Shown here one piece after another: positions 1-14,097 of a stretch of 64,000 nt of DNA. The translations under genes were made by a program, and so were the position numbers. The notes beneath the pieces were generated by a model. The model was not told the origin of the DNA. It saw only the letters and a list, made by a program, of their open reading frames with translations, and ran no database searches. Position 1 is the first letter of the stretch, and each line of letters opens with the position of its first letter. The stretch spans positions 12,338,001-12,402,000 of the forward strand of contig CP075495.1 of the NCBI GenBank assembly GCA_021613535.1, read 5' to 3'. This DNA is from Adineta vaga (Eukaryota; Animalia; Rotifera).

Positions 1-1580
1 AGAAACAATGCTTAAACTTCAAAAGTAAAAGAAATTCTTTCTCGACATTGATTGAGAAGAATTCGAATTTGATTATTTAGATATTTTAATCAAGTTGAAA
101 TCGATGAAATGACAAGAAGTATATCAAAATATGAAGAAAGTATTGATAATCTTTCATGTTATGCACCAGAAGGTTGTGGAAATATTCCCTGGCCAGTTGG
201 TGTACCACCACCCTTCAAACCATCATCACGTTTTGATGTACTTCGTTGGGATTATTTCAATGAAACACATCTTTATTTAAAGACAGATTTAGATGTTATC
301 GATCGAATGAAACGTAAATAGAAATTGAATAATCTTTTTCTTTTCATTATCTTTTCCTTTGAATTATTTCAGCGGATGATTATCAAGATGTTCATGAAGT
401 GATTGAACATGCTATCGAACAACTACAAAAGAAATATGGAATTCAGTAGGATTGTTTTTCAAATCAATGAATCTATCATTCAACTTGCTTTTTTTATTTA
501 TTTTTAATTAGATTGAAATTTCGAAAATTGCTTAATGGTTATCGACAATTTGATCCAACACGTGGTACACATTATATTATCGATCTGTCAGTTACTGATG
601 CAAATAATATCGAATATATAAAACGTGCAGAATTAATGCGACCATTAGGTGAGATCTCTATTGTTCAATCTGTTCACTATATTGCATTCTTTTCTTCAGG
701 TCTGGTAGAAATTGTTCCAATGCCATTTGTTACTGAATCAACTAAAATCTTTCTTATTCTACCGATTTATTCGGATGAACAATCAACGGCAATACGTTTT
801 CTTCGTCATGCAAATAGAACATTATTTGATAAAGAAACGCCTGATAAATTCGAATTACTTCTTGTACATCTTGTTACGACAAAACAAGAATTTTCTCAAA
901 CACAAAAATGGTTTCAAAATATCCGTCATGAAGTTGATTTAATACATCATTCAAGAAATCAATTACTCATTTCATATCATACGATTCTTCTTCCATCATC
1001 ATCAGTCAATTCTTATACACATTCAACATATGTTTTAGATTATTTCGAAACAAAACTTCGTGGAAATTCACTTGTCTTTCTAACAAATTCTTATGTGAAT
1101 ATTGAATCGGATTTTTTAAATCGTTGTCGTTTAAATGTTATTGAAAATGTACAAATCTTTTTCCCAATTGCTTTCTATCAATATCATCCACATATTATTG
1201 CACGAACACATCATTTAACAGATAATTCAACAATTGAATTACATAAATCACATGGTTGGTTTAATTCTTATGCCTTCAATCACATGGGTTTTTATATGAA
1301 TGATTATATCAAATTGAAAAAATTACTTCTATCGAGAAATATTTCATTAATATCAGAAAATCTCTATGATTTATTTATTGAATTTACTGATTTAAACATG
1401 TTACGTGCACCAGATCAATCATTACGTGTTCATTATCATCCAATCAAATGTGATTCAATAAAACAATCGAATACAAATGAATGGAATCGATGTTTAAAAC
1501 AGAAAGAAAAAGGTTTCGCATCACGTAGTCAATTAGCAATGATTATTATTGAAAATGAACAAAAGATTAAAGGAGAATGA
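1..1580 (+). CDS. Chondroitin sulfate synthase / chondroitin polymerizing factor family (CHGN domain), 3' part; the gene starts upstream of the window. Exons approx <1-24, 81-313, 373-445, 512-648, 700-1580
   Basis: Motifs WPVGVPPPFKPSSRFDVLRWDYF, LLNGYRQFDPTRG, RPLGLVEIVPMPFVTE, FLNRCRLNVI..QIFFPIAF and LRAPDQSL are typical of CHPF/CHSY2-type proteins. GT-AG introns join the ORF-track pieces in frame. Confidence 0.88.
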
Positions 1581-2165
1581 TCGAATTTTTCTAGCGTTTT
1601 ATATTTGTAATATTTATTATGTTTTATTGTTTATTAACTCTTTATAATAAGATATATAACGAGGTTTTCTGTTTGGAAGTTCTTTCGTGCTTACAGAAGA
1701 GATTGAATCATTGATCGAAAAATGCATTAATCTATTCCTGTGTTTATAAACAAATGTAAATCATGATCTAGTCAATGTGTAAAAAAGTTTTATAAAAATT
1801 TGTTTACAAAACAAAACGATGAGCGTAACAATAGAGAAGAAAAGAAAGGAAAATTTTTATCGGCAACAGACACATTTAGGAAATCGATAATTGAAAAGAA
1901 GAAGAAGAAATTTGTTCGAATGTTTGTTTTTGTTTTCTAGTCGTATTCTTTCTTCTTCAATTTATCATCAAATCAAATTTGAGCGTGAGAAGATAATAAA
2001 GCACATGCGAAAAGTCAATCTCTGTTTAAATCACATGATTAGAAATGAAAAACGTGTATTCTATCTACTAGAAACATACTCGTGACTGAAATATATCAAG
2101 AAAAAAAAAGAATAAAAATATATGAATTTTTTGTTGTTAATCAAAACAAAAAAAAAGAATAACTT

Positions 2166-3473
2166 CTAAGGAATAGTTCGATTTTGAAATAGAACTGTCC
2201 CATTAGGTGATTGACGAGCATAAAATTTTGCTTTTGCATTCCAAAATTCTGCATCATCTTTTAACGCATTCATATTATCAAGTACCAATTGATCAGCAAC
2301 ACCATAATTTGGAACATCTGATTGTGTATCATAACCAAGTTTTTTCAACATAGGTGCCAGTACATCTAATTCATTTTTTACATCTTTTGGCATGTGACCA
2401 ATCCATTTCGTTAATGCTTCTAAATTAATTGGTTTAATAACTTGATCAGATGAATGTTCTGTTCTATAAAAACAAATAAATTGAACTTTATTTCTTTCGA
2501 TTATTTGATATAAACTTACTTTGAAAGAGAAATTTTCTTTCCTATAAGTTCTTCGTGATGTAAAACACTATCAACCCAAGAGAGATTTAAAAATTGAAGA
2601 ATATTTTCAATTGTTTTTTTCGGTTGTAAAACTAATTGTTCATAGTAGACCATTAAACATTTTTCTTTGCCGATTTCACCACATTGAGTAATCATTGTTT
2701 CAATACCTTTATTCCATAGTTTTAAATTTTGTCGATAATCAGTTAAACTAAAACCAGTTATTGTGACTTTTCGCGTCATTACTGAATGTATAACAGCACG
2801 TGCATCACGAATGAGAAGAAGAAATTTTGCTTTGGAAAATAATGTTGATATGTATGAGGCATATTTGAGAACAAATGGATCTTTATCACAAAGTACTTCA
2901 GCATGTTGACCATGTTCGATGAGTATTTCATAGATGAATGCACGTACAGCAGAATCAATCATTTTTTCACTGATACCACCTGCCATTAGTCTAGATAAAT
3001 TTCAAAGATTTTTTTAAGTTAACGTGACTGACAAAGATAATCGAGAAGGAAATTCATTGGATTAATTTTCAAAGTTCAACATGCAAATTGTTTACTTACC
3101 GATTCCATTCTATAGTTGATTTTTTCCATGCTGCTCTCATACTTAACATTCTTGGTATAACACGTGTTTCTTCTCCACAACGTACAAGTGGATGTGAATC
3201 AAGAATTGCACGCATTAAAGTTGTTCCACTTCGTGGCATTCCACCAATAAATATAACTGGTTGGTCAGATGAAACATTCGAATTGATTTGTTTATATCGT
3301 CGTGCAATATCTATCTCCGTTGGACATTCTTGTTGAATATTTGATAAACGATTCGAAAGAAGTATAACAATAATAATTGTTAAGAAAAAAATTATGAAAC
3401 ATAAAGTCGAACTACGAAATGAACGTTGATACATATTGAAGAACAATCGTCGTCGAATCGACAACCATGGCAT
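2166..3473 (-). CDS. TPST: Protein-tyrosine sulfotransferase (type II Golgi membrane protein), 3 exons
   Basis: N-terminal [36 protein letters not shown] (PAPS-binding), [21 protein letters not shown] and [14 protein letters not shown]. Introns at about 2993-3099 and 2465-2519. Confidence 0.96.
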
Positions 3474-3631
3474 CACGATTTAGAATAAATATTCATATCT
3501 AGAATAATTACGAATAAACATTCACAATGAAATTATCTTGTTTGAACTTTTATTTTCAATGACAATAACAAGAAAAAGAAAGAGAAAGAGAATTTTCTTA
3601 TTCTTCAAGTTTAGTTATACCCAAGTGTATA

Positions 3632-6600
3632 TCAGCCAAATAATTGAGGTAATAATGTCTGTCGACGACGACTTCTAATTAAAAAGAATATAAATGTGTA
3701 AACTAATCATAAGAAAAGAAAAAAGATAATAGTTGAAACATACGTGCAAACTGGACTCGATTCTGCATTGATTAACAAAGAAAAACCAATTGCTAAACGC
3801 CAAATTTGTTGAGCTAGTAAAGTAAAATGTTGTGATGGATCAAGTAATCCATTTCCACTTGATGAAATAGATGAATAAACAACATCATACATTAATGATC
3901 GTTCTAATATCTAAATATATATATACATATCATTTCGATAATCAACTTGTTACATTCTATTCTATATCATACTTTGATATTTTCACAATTAAGTCTTGTT
4001 TTTTCCATAGTTTTATTTCCATGATTTGTTGAAGAAATTTTCATTAAAATAATTGATCTTCCTTGAGGATAATTAGCAGGAATGAATATATATGCATATA
4101 AGATATTTCGATTATTTTCATCGTGTGTTAAAGATTGAAATTTACATTCATATATGGATGTTGTTAAATGATTAAGAAGATTTTCATTGAGAATTATTTG
4201 AACAAAATCATATTTATTTATTTCATCAAAGGAAATTTCTCGAAATGAACGAAATATTGGTAGATTTGTTATTGAACGACGTATTGTTGTATTCAAAATA
4301 CTTGTTGTTTCATTACCTTCAGCTAATAATGGCATTTCATATTTTTCTAAATTGATTAATATACGATCCAATGCAATTCGTGCACGCATACGTTGTGTTA
4401 ATCGTTTGATTATTTCCGAACAATCAACAACAGATTCTTGACGTTGCAATGGAACCATTTGACATTTACATAATTGTTGTATCCAATGATATGGATAACC
4501 AATATTCATTTCTGAAAATATTGGTGAAGATTTTCTAAAAATTGAAAAAAGATAAAATAATCCAATTGAAATTTCAACAAACCCTTGTTGTTGAAAAAGA
4601 AAATCAGTTGTTGGATTTGGAGATAATTGACCATTGTCATTATCATCAAGTAAATTATGGAGAAGAGTTGATAATAATGTTTGACTAAACATTTACGAAG
4701 ACATTAGAAATATCGATGATTTATTTTCTTACCTTTGTTGTGCTTTCAATCCCGATAATTTTCCTTGAACAGTAACGATATTTAATTGTGGCAGATAAGT
4801 AAATAATAGTTCGCCTGTATGATCAGCTAGACATATCAGAAATTAAGAAGAAAGAGATTAATAATAGACAAAGAAAATAGAATTTTAATTGAAAATAATT
4901 ACGAGAAATGATTAATGTCACTTTCACATGCAACGGATGTGCACGTATTAAAGATTGATGATCACCATTTATATAAATACCATCAACATTCATATCAACT
5001 GACCCATTGGTTGTTGATGAATCTTCCTTTGATTCAATTTGACACGTTACATGACGACCTAAATACAGAATTTTGATTTGCGTCTTTCTAATTCAAACGT
5101 AAGAACAAATAATACAAAATTTCTCATGACAAATTCTAATCGACATAGACGTGCACGAAAGTATGTTATATTAATGTAGTAAAGAACCTTCAGAATATTA
5201 ATGGAACCTGTCATTCTCAAGAACAAAGTCTAATTCTTCTTGATTTTTTATCGTATAGTACTCGGATAAAAACGAGAAAATATTATTTATTTTCTATACA
5301 AACCATCACATTGTTGATAAGCCAAAACTAGACTATAGAGAACATAGAGTGGATCTGGTAACTTGGCAATTAAAGGATTATTAATAGATTGAGAAAGATT
5401 GTTTGTATCATCGAATTGTGATTCAATATATCGACGAACAGGATCAGTAGACTTTTGAAATAAAAGACTATGAATTTATGAGTAAATATTGTCATTTAGA
5501 TTACTTTAACAACTTGTTTTAATTTTGGTCGTAATGAACGAAGTCGTTTTCGTCGACGAACTATTTGTTTTTTAAGATCGCCAATTTCTGTTTGTAATGC
5601 TTTACAATCATCATGTAATCTAACAATTATTTAAAGAAATAATACATTAGAAAATCTAAGGAAATAGAATGAATATACTTTTCTCTTTGCATTAATTCCC
5701 AATCTAGTTGAAATAAATGAAGTCGATGAGGATCATTTGCTGTTACTGTCTAAAATATAATTTTACAAACAAATACTTTCATAGAAGATAATAATTACTG
5801 AATCTGTAAGTTCAGACGGTGCATTTGCGTAAAAATCTTCTAAACTAACTAATTCTAATAATTGATCTTTCGATCTAAAAAGAATCGAGAAATAAACAAC
5901 ATTTTTTGATTGAACATTATTTTACTTGAATTCTTCACAACGTGCAATTTCTTTATTAATATGAGACAGTTCATAGAGAAGATTTTGTTGTTCGAGCGTT
6001 TGATCATCAAGACGATTGCGATGCTAAAGTACATAGATATATGTTTGCTTATGTTATATGAATAGAATGTTTTTATTAATAACAACAAACCTCAATAGTC
6101 AATTCACGAGCTTTTTGTATACGCATACGACCATTGCGATTCAATGAACGAAGTTTATTACATAAATGCATTCCACGTGCATGAAGTTGAGACAATTCAT
6201 CTTTCTAATAAAAAGTAAAGGCCGAGTTATCAATCATGAATGTTCTATTGTATCGTCGAATCAATTAAAAATTATCAAAGAAAAGAAAAACAAAATCATT
6301 CAATGAACGGAAAAGAAAGAGATTCTGAGTTTTTTTTTCTGATTAACTTTCATCGACCCGAAAGCAATAGTTCTTCAATCGATTACTTCGATTATTAATA
6401 ACGATTCATTTATTCCAATGTCTATTACATAAGCATTACTATTACAGGAAGTTGAAAAATGAATCCAATTTATATATTTTCCAGTTAGGAAAACATGATC
6501 TCATTGAATAAATTAACTTACATGTTTATCTGGTTCTTGTTGACATTGATGAACTTTGAGAAATATTGTACGTAACTCTTCAATACATAGACGATGAAGT

Positions 6601-6731
6601 TCATCATCTTCTTTTTGTTGATGAAGTTTATTTGAAGACTAGAAGAAAGAAAATATGTATACAATCAAAAGAAAATGAATACATACTTCATCCATAGGAA
6701 TAGATTCAGTCATATCCACATTATTACTCAT
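3632..6731 (-). CDS. THOC5: THO complex subunit 5 (FMIP domain), multi-exon
   Basis: Spliced exons give LRSLNRNGRMRIQKARELT, QQNLLYELSHINKEIARCEEFKS, LHYFQLDWELMQRK, HPLHVKV, SPNPTTDF and GYPYHWIQQLC, matching THOC5/FMIP motifs. ATG at 6731, TGA at 3634-3632. Confidence 0.85.
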
Positions 6732-6908
6732 TTTTGTTGCAATCTAAAAATAGGAATAGAATCTATTCAATGGGAATTACTAAATAGAAACAATCTATCT
6801 CCCTAGAAAAGAAAGAATGTATGCAATATGATTCTTCTCAACTACATATCTCATTTGATTAAGATAAGAACATGACGATACTAAATCATCTTAATTTGAT
6901 AAAAAGAA

Positions 6909-8399
6909 ATGTATGAACATCATTCTATAGAAAAAATGCCGGCTGATCTTCAGCATGAGCTTACTCTTGTTGAATGTCATTCTTTACGTGAACAATTAAA
7001 AAATGCGTACAGAAAATGTTCGGATATTTATGAAGCACTTTCTATTCTCGATGAACATTCAACTAATGAACGTCATCTTCTCGAACAACTTATTCGTGAT
7101 TTAAAACAATCAATACAAAATGAATTAGATAGAAATCATCAATTATCAATTGAGAAATTACAAATGGAAACAAATGAAAAATATTTTAAACAAGAATTAC
7201 ATGAAAAAAATCAAGATTTGAAAAAAATTATGATCAAATATCGAAGAATCTATGTTAAACAACAACAAGAAAAATATATTCAAGAAAATTTGATTATGAC
7301 TAAAGTCAAGAAATAAAATTAATTAATCTCGAGTTCATTTTGTTATATTATAGTATAGATAGATAATGGTTAAAAGGCATTTATTTCTATTGATCGAAAC
7401 AAATCATATAGAGCTCTAATCGATATGTTTGAAAATTGTAAATCCGATAGAGGTCATTGTCATTTGTTTAGATGTTGTCTTTTCTTGTGATTCTTTCTTT
7501 ACTTTTTGAAATTAAATTGAACTTTTCATGGAAGAAATAAAGGTTAGTTCTTTTCTCATTTGATAAACAGACACAAACGATCTCTTTCAGTTTATTAGTA
7601 CTATTATCAAAGACATGAGTAAATATTTGGAAGAAATATGGATTCTATAACTAAGGCGATAAAACAATATATTCTAGTGAATATTCATGAGCTTTGACAG
7701 ATGACAAAAATTAAGTGTTGCTTAACTCTTCAAGAATTTTTTGTTATTTAATAGGATGAAAGTACATCATCCTTTATTCAATCTCAATTGCATTCCGTCA
7801 TAGCATCACAACGTACAACGATTGAATCTCTTCGTGATTCACTCACTCGAACTTATGTTCCTCGAACTGATTACGAAGAACTTCTTGCTCGTTATGAAGA
7901 ATCTCAAAATCGTTCGTCGGAACTTGAAAATCAACTTCAAACTTCATTAACTCATTCGATTGATTTACAAAATCAACTTGATACTGCTAATCTTCGTACT
8001 ACGCAACTTCAAACTGAACTTGATGGTGTTCATGCAAAATTAACATCAACTTATGCAGTTTTAGAAGCAGCTTGCAATAAAATTGATATTGAACGTGCGG
8101 AATTTGAAAAATCTCTCAAACATATTCGTCAAACAACTGTCGACGAGATTCGTAAGAATTCTGAATTATATGCGAAAACATTAGCAATGGAACAAACTTA
8201 TGTTGCACAAAGACAAGCATTAGATACGAAAACGAATGATCTCAAACAATTAGAAAAACGTTTAACTAAACAAGAAGAACGTGCCAATAATACAATCAAT
8301 AAATTAGCAGTAAAATTAGAACAAGAAAAATTCATTTCAAGAGAAATTCTTCAATCACCAGGATCAAGTAATTCTATGAAAACGAAAATTAACAAATGA
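6909..8399 (+). CDS. Uncharacterised long coiled-coil protein; exons 6909-7304 and 7755-8399
   Basis: Two heptad-rich ORFs joined in frame by a phase-0 GT(7305)-AG(7754) intron (MTK|DEST). No family recognised. Confidence 0.65.
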
Positions 8400-8711
8400 T
8401 TTTCTTAGTTATTAATTCTTGTTGAATTGTAATTTGTTTTTCAAAATTTGAATAAATATTTTATTTAAAATATCAACAACAACAACAACGAGCAATCAAA
8501 AACAACATTGAGAAGAATTTTAGTTACTCGGTCACAACAATTGAACATAGATAATGATGTGAAAGAATAGATGAAAACAACGTTAAATAAATAAATAAAT
8601 AAATATTCATAGATAAACTTCTAAACATGAATTTCTTGTTTGATAGAAAGACAATAAATAAAATATTGATAACAACATGCAATGACAAATAAACAAATCA
8701 AGCTAGAATTC

Positions 8712-11700
8712 TCATTTATTATCAATTAAATTTTGCAATTCAAGTACTAATTCTCTTGCATTACGAAGAACTTCACGGGCATCATGTCGTTCAGCCATTT
8801 CTATACGAAGAAAAACGATTCGATTTTATATGACAAAGATAGAAAATTTACCATTAAAAAATCGAATAATATCTGTGAAATCCATTCGATTGTCTAAGAT
8901 AATATCTCGATAAATTTTTAACATAGACAATGCAATAAATAGAACAAATCGTTTGGAAACTGTACGACGTGCTGCACCAATCGTTTCCCATACCAGAAAA
9001 ATATCATCATAAACAAATTCTAAAAGAAAATTCATTTTTGAATTTTAAAACAAAAACCTCAATTATTCGTTACCTCGTTTAAAATCTAATAAAAACCATC
9101 GATAACAAAAATAGAAATGTGTAAAATCTCCTGTTCGATGAATATGCTCATAGAGTTCAAAATCAAGAATTTGTAATAATGAACGCATATGACCAAAATG
9201 TTCATCCATACCAGCTCCATGAGGAAAATTTGGTAATAAACGTTTCATTAAGTAACAAAAACAACTATAAGTCATGACTTCTACAGAATAGATAACAAAG
9301 ATCATTGAATTGCAATTCAGTTGGGAATAGCCTTTTTTTAATACAGACCTTCATCAAAAATAACTAATAGGGGAGCGACAAGATCACACATTCCTTGTAT
9401 ATAACCAGTTGCTAAATTATCCCAGACATATCTGTAGAGAAGTAGAAAAAGAAAGTTCATGAAAATAAATGACAATCAAGTCACCAGTGATTCGATATTT
9501 TCTACTAGATAACTATATTCTCGTTTCTAGATACTTACGTGCACATGATATTTCGTAATTTTTTTAAATTATTAATATTTGTAAAATATGAGTATGTTCG
9601 ATCGCATCTTGCTACATCTTTATCAATTCGATGTAAATTGACTGTAAATGCATCAATGATATCTTTACTAAATGATCCATAACAAATCGGTGTTAGTGAA
9701 CCATCTAAATAATAAAAAAGAATATTTTGGAAGAAGTTTTACAAAACAAAACATCATTTTTTTTCTTACCAGATAAATCATCTACATTGTCATCATTGAA
9801 AACTTCAACTGCATCCATATAAACATCAGTACCCGATGTTAAACTTGATGATGGTGAGAGAGTATTTTCTTGTTCCTTAATCATCGTTTCATCCTGATCA
9901 TTTTCAACAGATTCTAATAGGACATCATCATTTTCATCAACATCATCATCGATATTATGAGAGTCTTCATTCTCATCGTCTTCCTCTGTACTTGTTTCAA
10001 TAATATTATAAGGAGATGAACGATCTATAACTGATTCCATACGTGTTCGTGCAATTAAAACTCCTGAATTTGATGAAGTTGATATTAATCGTTGATCATT
10101 CGATGAAGCAACTGGTGAACACGTTTCTTCCACGATTGGAATTGCTACTGTATGTATGGAAGAATTCTAATCATCAAAAAGAACCATGCAAGAAGTTATC
10201 GAAAGAAAAAGGAATTCTTACATCATAGAAAACCTCATTTGATGTAATAGAATCTTTTCGTTCTGAATTACTAAAACTTGGTAATGAAATTTTTTCCGGT
10301 ATACTCGCTAGAACATTTTTAATAGATACTAATGTTGTTTCAGTAGAAGTTTGATTGCTTGTGCCATTTGTATCATTCGTTTTTCCTTTGAGATTTTTTC
10401 GATTATTGGAATGTTGAAGATCGATTTGCATAACGATAAGTTCAGCACTTTGCCATTCATTTGTTAATACATTATATCGATCAATTGTTGTACGATCAAT
10501 ATCATTTCGTTCATCAATACTTGATTCAAACGAATAATGTGAAAAAAGATATGGCCAAACCTAAAATTCAATTTTAATTTTTATGAAATATTTATTCTTA
10601 TCTACTTGTTTTCGTATAGACGGTTCACAACCACCAGAATAAATTCGTCGATAGATTTCTTTTCGATCAATAGGCAGATGTTCTTCTTGTTTAGTAAGAA
10701 ATAATTCTGACCATGCATCAAATGTTAAACAAACTTCAGAATTAAGTTGTTCAGTATGTTCTGTTCGGGTAACTGGATTCACAAGTGATGTTAAATGTAT
10801 ACGAACAGTTTTCAAATGACGGCAATAAGCAAGCCAACCATAGAATGCGCGAGATAATATTTGACGACGCATGGTATCACATAGTGATGCCATTGATGAT
10901 CTAAATGCATGAAAATAAGATAGATATGTGATATGTTTTTTTTTCTGTTAGATTGTATAGAAAATTTAATATTACCTAACTGAAACACTTCGTTGCAAAC
11001 CAACTAAAGGTGATATATAAACTGCCGAAGTAGCAAATGCACCATCAATTGGTGAAACTGGTGATGGTGTACCAGCATTTGTCATTCGTGCCGATGGTGA
11101 TAATGGCGATTGTGAAGAGAATGATGATGTATCTCCTGTTTCGGATGACCATTGCCATCGATTTGTTTTATTTTTATTGTTTGTTTCGTCTAATGGAAGA
11201 AAAATATAACAATATTAGTTTTATCATAACATAATTTGTAGTAGAAGAAGATTTTTGTTCCACGATGAATCAATATCTTCTTTGCACTACTAACTAACTA
11301 TTAGATGAAAGAAACAAACACGTACAATGAACAAATGACTAGACAATATCAATCACTAACGATCAGAAAGGAAGACTATTCGAAAAACATAATCAGCTGT
11401 TGGTGACGATGATATGTCTTCTTCTTCGGTCGTCATATCAGAATTTGTTTGTGTATTAGAATCATCATCACTTGTACTTAATGATGCAGCCATCTGTGAA
11501 CGATCTATACGACGATGTAGTTTTGGTAAGATTTTTCCTAGAAAAAAAATTAATTCTTATCTAATATGACAATAAATTTGAAGAGAATCGTTCAGTTATG
11601 CTTGTTGAACCGACATATGAGAGTAGTAAGAGAGAATTCAACTAACCTTGCCCATTTTCATAACCTAATGGTGGATCAAGATAACCATTTGGTGCAAGAC

Positions 11701-13511
11701 CACTTTCTAAACAAGTGAGAAATGCTAATAAATGTCCACCTCTATCTTTTATATGAAATGGAGGATATTGAACACCATCTCGACCAACAAATACAATTCG
11801 ATCACCATCAACTAAAATCTCAAATAAATTCAATTTAAATATAAAAATGAATTAATTTTACCATGTTGATGACAATGCAGATAAACAATCGAAGACACAT
11901 TTATCGTTATTGCATAATCCCAATAAACACTAATAGAATGAACATTTCTATAAAATAGTGTATTTCTTTCACTAATCAATAAACCTGTATTTTTTCGGAG
12001 ATTCAATTGCATCATTCATTGTTTCTTCTGCATCATTTTTCATAACATTTATATTTTCATTGTATCCATTCATAAGTTGATTCGGTGTCCATTTTAATGT
12101 TAAACTATGTTTATTATGATGTAATGATAAATAACCAGGTATAGGATCATGACCGGAAGTCTAAAAAACAAAGTATTAAAGAAAAAGTTCATGTCGTATA
12201 AATGAAATCAATTTGTTTACTGGTTGAACAAAAACATTATTTTTCCCATACAATAATTGTGATTTAGCATTTTGATGAAGTGAATCAACATATTCTCTTG
12301 CAGGATGAATTGAAATTAGTTGATTATGTCGCTGAGTTTCTTCACCGGAAGAGCTTGCATGACGTTTGGACTAAAAAAGTATTTTTTTAGATAAAAGTGC
12401 ATTCCGTTGATATTCTTGTCTTACATTAATTTTTAAACTAGGTCGGCATTTAATTGAATTTGAACCATTCGTACTCATCATCATGGATGTTGTATTAATT
12501 GACGGTCGATTATTATTATGCATTCGATGACGTTGAACAAGTTCATCAGCATGTGGATCTGTCCAGAGATGATCTGATGTTTTTACTCGAGTAAATTCCA
12601 GTGCACACGGTCCGACTATGAAATATTTCAAATCAAGGTTAAAGAAATAAACTATTTGTTCTTACCTAAAAGAGACGCTAAAATAGGTCCTTGAACAGAA
12701 TTGCAAACAAGTCCATATGCTTCATAATATTTTCTAAAGGTTTGAAATACAAATTATCATAAGACAAGATAGAATTCATACTACTTACGAACTATTATCA
12801 ACAATATATTCAACAATTTTATGTAATGAACGATGAATTAATGCAGTTCGTATCCATAAATATCGATTGAATATTGCTGAACGAGCAGAACGATGTTGAT
12901 TTTCATCAACACTGACAACTTGTTGTTGTTGTGTAATACTTGATAATTTTCTTTTCGAAGAAAAAGATATTTAATCGATTGAATAGTTCTGATTTATTTA
13001 CCTGGATAAATTTAATAAACTACTTGATTGATCATTATCATCAATCATTCGAACGACTTCAGCAGCTGATGGACACGTCTTCGCAATCTTTTGTAATAAT
13101 GCCATTGTAGTAGATGTTTTAAATAAACCAACAGCTCGTCGTTTAAGACCATGTAATAAACATGCTTCGACAGCAGCTAAAATAAATTAAGAAAAAAAGT
13201 GTTATTCAAATTTTGAATTTGATCAATGAATTCAAACCACAAAGTGTTGTTACACTACAATTCTCTTCATGAATACATTTTCTCGTCACTGCTTCTTCCA
13301 TCATATGTTTAACCTAAAAATAACAAGGATTATTTGAGAAGATCATATGTAATTATACACGAACTTCTCGTTTAACACTCCATAACAGTTTTTGACGATA
13401 TTGTTCTTGTTCTGTAAATAAAATATGAGATAGTTTTTATTTTATTGAAATGATTAAGTAAATTATTATTCTACCGTCATTTTCTATATTTGTTACAGAT
13501 GAATTATCCAT
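8712..13511 (-). CDS. SGSM: Small G protein signalling modulator (RUN + PH-like RBD + split TBC Rab-GAP domain), multi-exon
   Basis: [121 protein letters not shown] and [15 protein letters not shown]. Ends [12 protein letters not shown]. Confidence 0.96.
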
Positions 13512-13889
13512 TGTTGTTTTCTTCGAGATTTTGATTGTTAGAAGACTGACATGATGAACATTATCGATTGAAAACAATGAAATATCATTGTAGAAATTCG
13601 ACGGAAAACTATTTCTTTTACGTTCTATTCTTAGTCAAACAATTACGTTGTCGATTATTGTTTTTCTGCTTTTATTTTCTTTCTGTCAAATACGTTCAGG
13701 ATCGAAAGAATTGCTACTCTACTCACTCAATTAGTATGTTCAAAAAATAGTAGTTTCTCAAAACCAATGAATAAGAAGATAAATAAAATAAAGATTCACT
13801 CTTTTTTCTTCTAATTACAAATTAATTTCTTAAAAAACATAAAGAATAATTATTTCTAAATTGAAAGTGTAGAAAAAGAGATTTTCAAC

Positions 13890-13903
13890 TAGCGCCATCT
13901 ATG
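13890..13903. promoter_or_regulatory. CTCF/YY1-like core (TAGCGCCATCTATG) in the divergent SGSM-RABL2 promoter
   Basis: Reverse complement contains AGATGGCGCTA, a GC-rich motif that stands out in very AT-rich intergenic DNA between head-to-head genes. Motif match only. Confidence 0.3.
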
Positions 13904-14097
13904 ATCGGAAATCATTGGCAAATAATGGTAAAATTTGGATATAAAAAAATTATTTTTCTTCAATTTTACAATCCACATCAATTGTATTGTAAATCAAATA
14001 ATGTCAGACATTGAAATATTCGTGTCGAAAGTTGATTTCAATTGAGATTTTTATCAGAAAGACAAAAAATTTGAATCTTCAATATTTTGAAATTTAG

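Noticed and set aside
13900-14097. RFX X-box expected for the ciliary genes RABL2 and IFT46
   Set aside because: No convincing GTTNCCATGGNAAC-like match seen. The IFT46 promoter is largely outside the window.
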